In this document: positions 52,187-64,000 of the stretch, piece by piece
Layout: every line of letters begins with the position of its first letter
Position numbering within the stretch: the stretch's first letter is position 1
Source of the DNA: Trichinella spiralis
Taxonomy: Eukaryota
Direction: 5' to 3'
Length of the DNA: 64,000 nucleotides
Assembly: GCF_000181795.1 (NCBI RefSeq)
Contig: NW_003526945.1
Coordinates: forward strand, 6,288,394 to 6,352,393
Made by a program: the position numbers and the translations under genes
The notes under the pieces: generated by a model
The model's input: the letters and a program-made list of their open reading frames with translations, nothing else
The model's database searches: none
Told to the model about the DNA's origin: nothing

Positions 52187-55100
52187 AATTTGCAGTTTGC
52201 TGCAGTGCACTTTTGCAAAAATGAAAAGAGAAAATTTTAAAGTTAAACTCGTAACTTCTTCTTCTAAAGGTGGACATTTCCAACCTGAATTACTAACTTT
52301 GGACATCCTGTGTAATCAGTAATAATTTGTCTAGCTAGAGTGTCTTTTCCGCAGATGATGAGTTTGATACAATAAATAGTGCTCATTAGCAGAACTTATG
52401 TTTGCAGTAGGTTTGAGTCATTTAAAAGTTGAATCAGTGCATGCGTTGGCTGTATCATTGTAAAATGTTACATTTTTCTCAAATTAGCTTCTAACGGACA
52501 CGCTTATTGATCAGAGTAATCGACTCTGTTGAAGGTACTCTATGGCGATTACTGACAACATTAAAAAATAGTTATTATTCACTCAACGCTCAGTTTAAGG
52601 GCAATCGATAAATCACGTAACATGCTTTAACAGGGTCCGCAGTATTATTAGCGCGTTCTTCTGGAAACTGGAAAACTGTTTCTGTAATAACTATGTGATT
52701 GGTAGACGTTGAAAATCTTGACGTAAAGTTCTATATAATTTATAGACAAAATACTTTAAGCCTTTTAGCATATTATTATTATTATTTTTATTTTTAGCTC
52801 AGTTAAAAATTGCAGGTAGCAATATTTTGAAAAGCAGAATACTGATTTCCAACTTTTGCTTTATGTGTTAATGGAGATTTTTTTAATCGCTTTACATTAT
52901 CAGAAACATGGTACTTATTTCTACAACTTTTTCTCTGGCAAAGTGGCATGTTTGCCAGCATTTTGAAAATATGCACGTTACTTCCGACTGTTTCTTATTT
53001 GGAAATCGATATAGTTAACGTAGACGTCAGCGCTTAGCAAGATTACTAGTAGTATGGAGAAAATGATGAGCTTCTCTTCAGTGAAAGTGTTTTTTGTGCC
53101 TTTTTATTTGTACAGAATTTTTATTTTTTTGTAAGTTCTGCAGTTCAAAGCTTGATTGCTAAGTTTTGCTAAACAATAAAGATGTTAGCTTTTGCGAAAA
53201 GTTTTAAATTAATTCGAATGAACAAAAATTGGCAAATAACGTTCAGCGCATGAAATGTCTGGGTGATATGAAAGATTTGATATGGCTATCATTGATTTAG
53301 TATCTTGTCAATTTCTTTAAGTTTATAACAAGTCTCCAAACTTGATAAGTTGGACATCTGTTAAAATTTTACCTTATTACAATATATCGTTAATTGCACT
53401 TTTCCATTTGAAACTTCCAGCTATAAGTTACCTTGACATATCTGATTCTTTCATTAATTTTATATACTTATATTTGTTACAGTAAGTATATTTTTAAAAT
53501 GACATTCTGATTGGTGTATGAAAAAACACCACAGACACAGACACAGACACATGAGCAATATGTGCATATTCGATGAATGAATTGCATTTTTCATCATAAA
53601 TCGCCACAAAATCTTTAAAAGCGCACGATATTTTAAAAAGCTCAAATGAAAGGAATTTGAAAACATGCTTTCCCAACTGCGTGGCGTTTCTGATGGCTTC
53701 TTAGGCTAAAATTATTAAGAGATAAATAATGAACATTTTTATTAATCATCTGCGCACAATAATTAATAATGCATAGCAATAAAAATATAATGGAAATTCT
53801 TTCGAAAATAACTTTTAATTAAAATGTAAATGAATTTTTACTGTTGACTAGTTGCTTTTGAATAATATTTTTACTTTATTTGTGTGCATGGAAAATTCTA
53901 TTTTGTTACATTTTTATTCTATTCGAATATTTCAAGCATTACTTTGTTGTGAAGCAGTTGTGACATGTATGTGAGCAGTATGGTTGTTTCATTTTCATTT
54001 TGCAATTCAACTCGTTGTTGTTGTTGTTGCTATTCACATTTTGATATTGAATAACTGTTTTTTTTTCTTTCAATTCAAATTTTCAATAGTACTTTTTCTG
54101 AAATTTATCATTTCTATATGTTAATAAGTAATTTTCCATTTCATGGGAATTGTGAAATTTGATATAATTGTGTTGAATAGGAATGCGTGTTTTTCTTTTT
54201 CTTTCTTCACATTGTTGATTGAAATATACAAAATGTTTCAAAATAATGAAATGTAGATGTTTCAAAATTATATCGGCAATATTTATATATTATTCTGCAT
54301 GCTTTTGCATACAGTATGTGAATTCTGTTTAGAATTATTTCGAATTATACATACATATATTTGTTGACAAATGCGTTAATTAAAAAATATGTTGCTGTGC
54401 AAATAGTAGAGCAATTTTACGTGAAAATGAGCATTTTTCTTTTATATGCTGTTTTGGTTGCAAGTATTTGTTTCGTTAGATCGGCTTAAAGCAAAGCAAA
54501 TAATGCTGTATCAATTTATCGAAGACTTTTACTTAGCAATAGATCGGTGTTTAGGTGAATTATGGGTTGCACTGTGGACTAATTTATTGTTTTTCATTCT
54601 AAATATAAACGAATCTAGTCTTCAATTTTCCATTTCTCTCCAGGAGACCAAATAGCTCTTCCACTCGGAGTGAAAGCGAAATATCTGGCCAGAATGTTCC
54701 AATTTATCACTTTTAGCCCGGCAGAAACGACTCATGAACACACGTTAAGCGTGCAAAATGACTCCACTATAACTATATTTCTCTTTTATTGATGCAATTT
54801 TTGTATTATTCTAATTTCAAATGTTGTGCATGGACAAATGATCAACAGGTGGGTTGCTTTCAAAGCAATTCACTTTTCATAAAATGCTCGAAGAGTTTCC
54901 AAAAAATCCAGATGGAGAAAAATAGCAATTCAATTGGCTTGCTGCTCACTATGAAACATTATCGTTTCTTTTTTCACAACACTTGAAATGTTTCTTTTTT
55001 TTTTCTTTTTCTCATTCTTATTCTATATCATTTTTCTATAATACTTGGTCAAGATTGTATCTGTATATTTGTAAATAGAAGTTATATCGATGCTATTTCA

Positions 55101-55449
55101 ATTTTCTCTTTTTTCTTCTCCTTCTTCTTTTTCTTTTATTACCGTAGTACCCCAGTTGGTTGAAAAATGTATCTATTTTTAAAATTTATAACGCAGTTTT
55201 GAATGACGGCGCAGTTTGCAGTTGGACGGTGTGTCAAAGTAGATTAAAGCTTCGGGCGCACTACCATTTGATATGTGTGGGCGTCAGTGGGTTAGTTGGT
55301 TTGGCTTTTCAAGTTTCTCTCTCTCGCTCTCTCTCCTCTCGTTCTTTTTCTCTACTCTTCTCTTTTCTGATGCACATAAGCACAAGTAACAACACTCTGC
55401 TGTCCATTGCGCTTCCACGCTCTCTCATCACAATTGATCGCTGCGCTGC

Positions 55450-55470
55450 CAGCAGCAGCAGCAGCAGCAG
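55450..55470. repeat. (CAG)7 microsatellite
   Basis: Directly visible. Confidence 0.9.
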
Positions 55471-56009
55471 GCGCGACAGCGCTAACTTCGTTGGCGCAAG
55501 CGTTCGCGTCAGTTAGCAGCAGTTTGTTCGCCAGTGAGTGACATAAAGGGGCTTTGAAAATGAGGAGTCTTTTATGTATTGAACATTTGCTGCCGTTTTT
55601 GCCAGCGTGTCGCGATGAATCGATAGCTCTCACAAAAGCTTAGGTACCGATGCGACTTGTAGTCTGCAAAAGTTTGTGGCTTAACTTCAGCTTTTCCTCT
55701 CCATCTTCTGAACCTTTTTTATATTTATATTCGATGTTTATTCTGTTTTTTTTATATTTTTCTCCCTTTACAGATTTTTTATTTTTGTTGTGTTAAATTG
55801 TTGCAATTTATCCGTTCACCACGCCCTATAAGATTTGTTCAAAGTTGAGTTTTTCACTGCTCGCTTGTCATTCTGCCAACTGAATGTCATCCTATTTCTT
55901 AGCTGTCTTTGACGAGTGATCGACATTGGCGCTGTTGGCGACCGAAAGAAACATGTCGACGCCACCCACCGTCGTCGTCCACGTTTACCGTTGTACCTGT
56001 CGTCTGTTG

Positions 56010-56030
56010 CTGCTGCTGCTGCTGCTGCTG
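56010..56030. repeat. (CTG)7 microsatellite
   Basis: Directly visible. Confidence 0.9.
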
Positions 56031-56453
56031 AACACAAGTCACAAAAGCTCAGTCTTGTCGTCGACAACAGCAGCAACGTTGGTCGCTTTTTGTCCATGGA
56101 AGTTTGTTCTGTGAAGCTGCTGGAATTTTTTTCTGTCTCTCTTTTTCTCTCTTCTACTAGCCTCAGTCAGTCAGTAGTTGTGCCAGCTTTTAGTAGCTAA
56201 CTCGGCTTTGAAGCAGGCAAATGTGTGTGCGACTGCTGGTATCAAGCCAACAGCTCTGCCGACGTCAGCATTTTGACGAACAGCTTCTTCGTCGTGGCTT
56301 TTCCATTACCTCACTTTTGCCTATACGCTTGCTCTGCTCTCTTTCTATTTCTCTTTTCACTCAGTTATTCTCTCTTTCGCTTGCCTGAGCGCGCGTGCTC
56401 TCGCTTGCGCTTGCTCTTTCCCTTTCGTTGGCCTCCATAGCTCACACTCGCAA

Positions 56454-56660
56454 CTTTTTCTCTCTCTCTCTCTCTCTCTTACTCTTGCTCTCTCTTTCTC
56501 CTCTTCTCTGTGATTTATTATTATACATTTGATTCGTTGCTCTGTTGAAGCATGCCAACTGGTGTTCTGTTTCTGAATTTCAATTCTTTTCACGACATCT
56601 TATAAAATTGTGCTAATAGCCAACTCTCTCTCTCTCTCTCCCTCTCTCTCTCTCTCTTTC
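56454..56660. repeat. (CT)n polypyrimidine tracts upstream of the mef-2 ATG exon
   Basis: Two (CT)n runs at ~56459-56510 and ~56624-56660; a further one at ~55316-55368. Confidence 0.85.
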
Positions 56661-56967
56661 TGATTACTCTGCCAGTTTGTCAAATTTTGTTCCATCTTCT
56701 TATTCTTTACACTTTTCAGTGGACTTTTTAAAATTTGTAATGTAACAACAAATCGGTCGATCTACTACTACTACTACTATAATTGTAGTATTAATTTTTC
56801 AAATTTTTATTTTCTTTGACACACTTTTTGAATATTTAGCTGCTGATGACGCGTAGCGTTTTCGAGTGTAGTGTCTTGCTCTTGAAATTTGACAAAATTA
56901 TTATTTACCTGTTTTTAGAGGTCACGAAAATAAGAAGAATATTTATTTTTTTCTGTTTTCTGAAAAC

Positions 56968-63835
<6,868 letters not shown>

Positions 63836-64000
63836 ACAAACAGCGTCCGTGTTCATAAAGAAAAGCTAAATAAAAAATTATTTTCTGCCACTTAATTTTT
63901 TGTATATATATAACTTAGTTATTGTGTAGTTGTCTGCTGCTGGAGGATTTCTTCAGATGTAGCGAAAAATTTTCAAATGAACATTTATCTACTTTGAATT

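Noticed and set aside
55173..55182. MEF2-binding consensus CTATTTTTAA (also at 43822) suggesting autoregulation
   Set aside because: AT-rich 10-mer expected repeatedly by chance in this composition; needs conservation data.
55160..56593. Cluster of overlapping 60-118 aa ORFs on both strands
   Set aside because: Low-complexity products of CAG/CTG/CT repeats in GC-richer UTR/promoter-like DNA, mostly with non-ATG starts.

Overview
Eukaryotic, AT-rich, intron-containing DNA. Short introns (~50-70 nt), TTTTCAG/TTTTAG acceptors and the gene content point to a nematode, most plausibly a clade I species such as Trichinella (inference). Nine protein-coding genes were assembled by hand from splice signals and protein motifs: a partial Snail/Scratch-type C2H2 gene (-), CABLES (-), an intronless Srsx-like 7TM receptor (+), NDUFS7 (+), an EME1-like ERCC4-fold ORF with uninterrupted CDS (+), SLC35B3/pst-2 (-), ADAMTS-like madd-4/punctin (-), a MOLO-1-family TPM-domain membrane protein (+) and, after a ~19 kb gap with no recognisable gene, MEF2 (+). 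Best observations: (i) a hidden signal-peptide exon inside a madd-4 intron that would give a short secreted isoform; (ii) a compact EME1-like protein with no HhH tail; (iii) adjacency of three genes whose C. elegans relatives act at the levamisole-receptor neuromuscular junction; (iv) probable GC-AG introns and alternative tails in the MOLO-1-like gene. No rRNA, tRNA, CRISPR array or intact transposon was recognised. Family calls rest on remembered motifs, not database searches.
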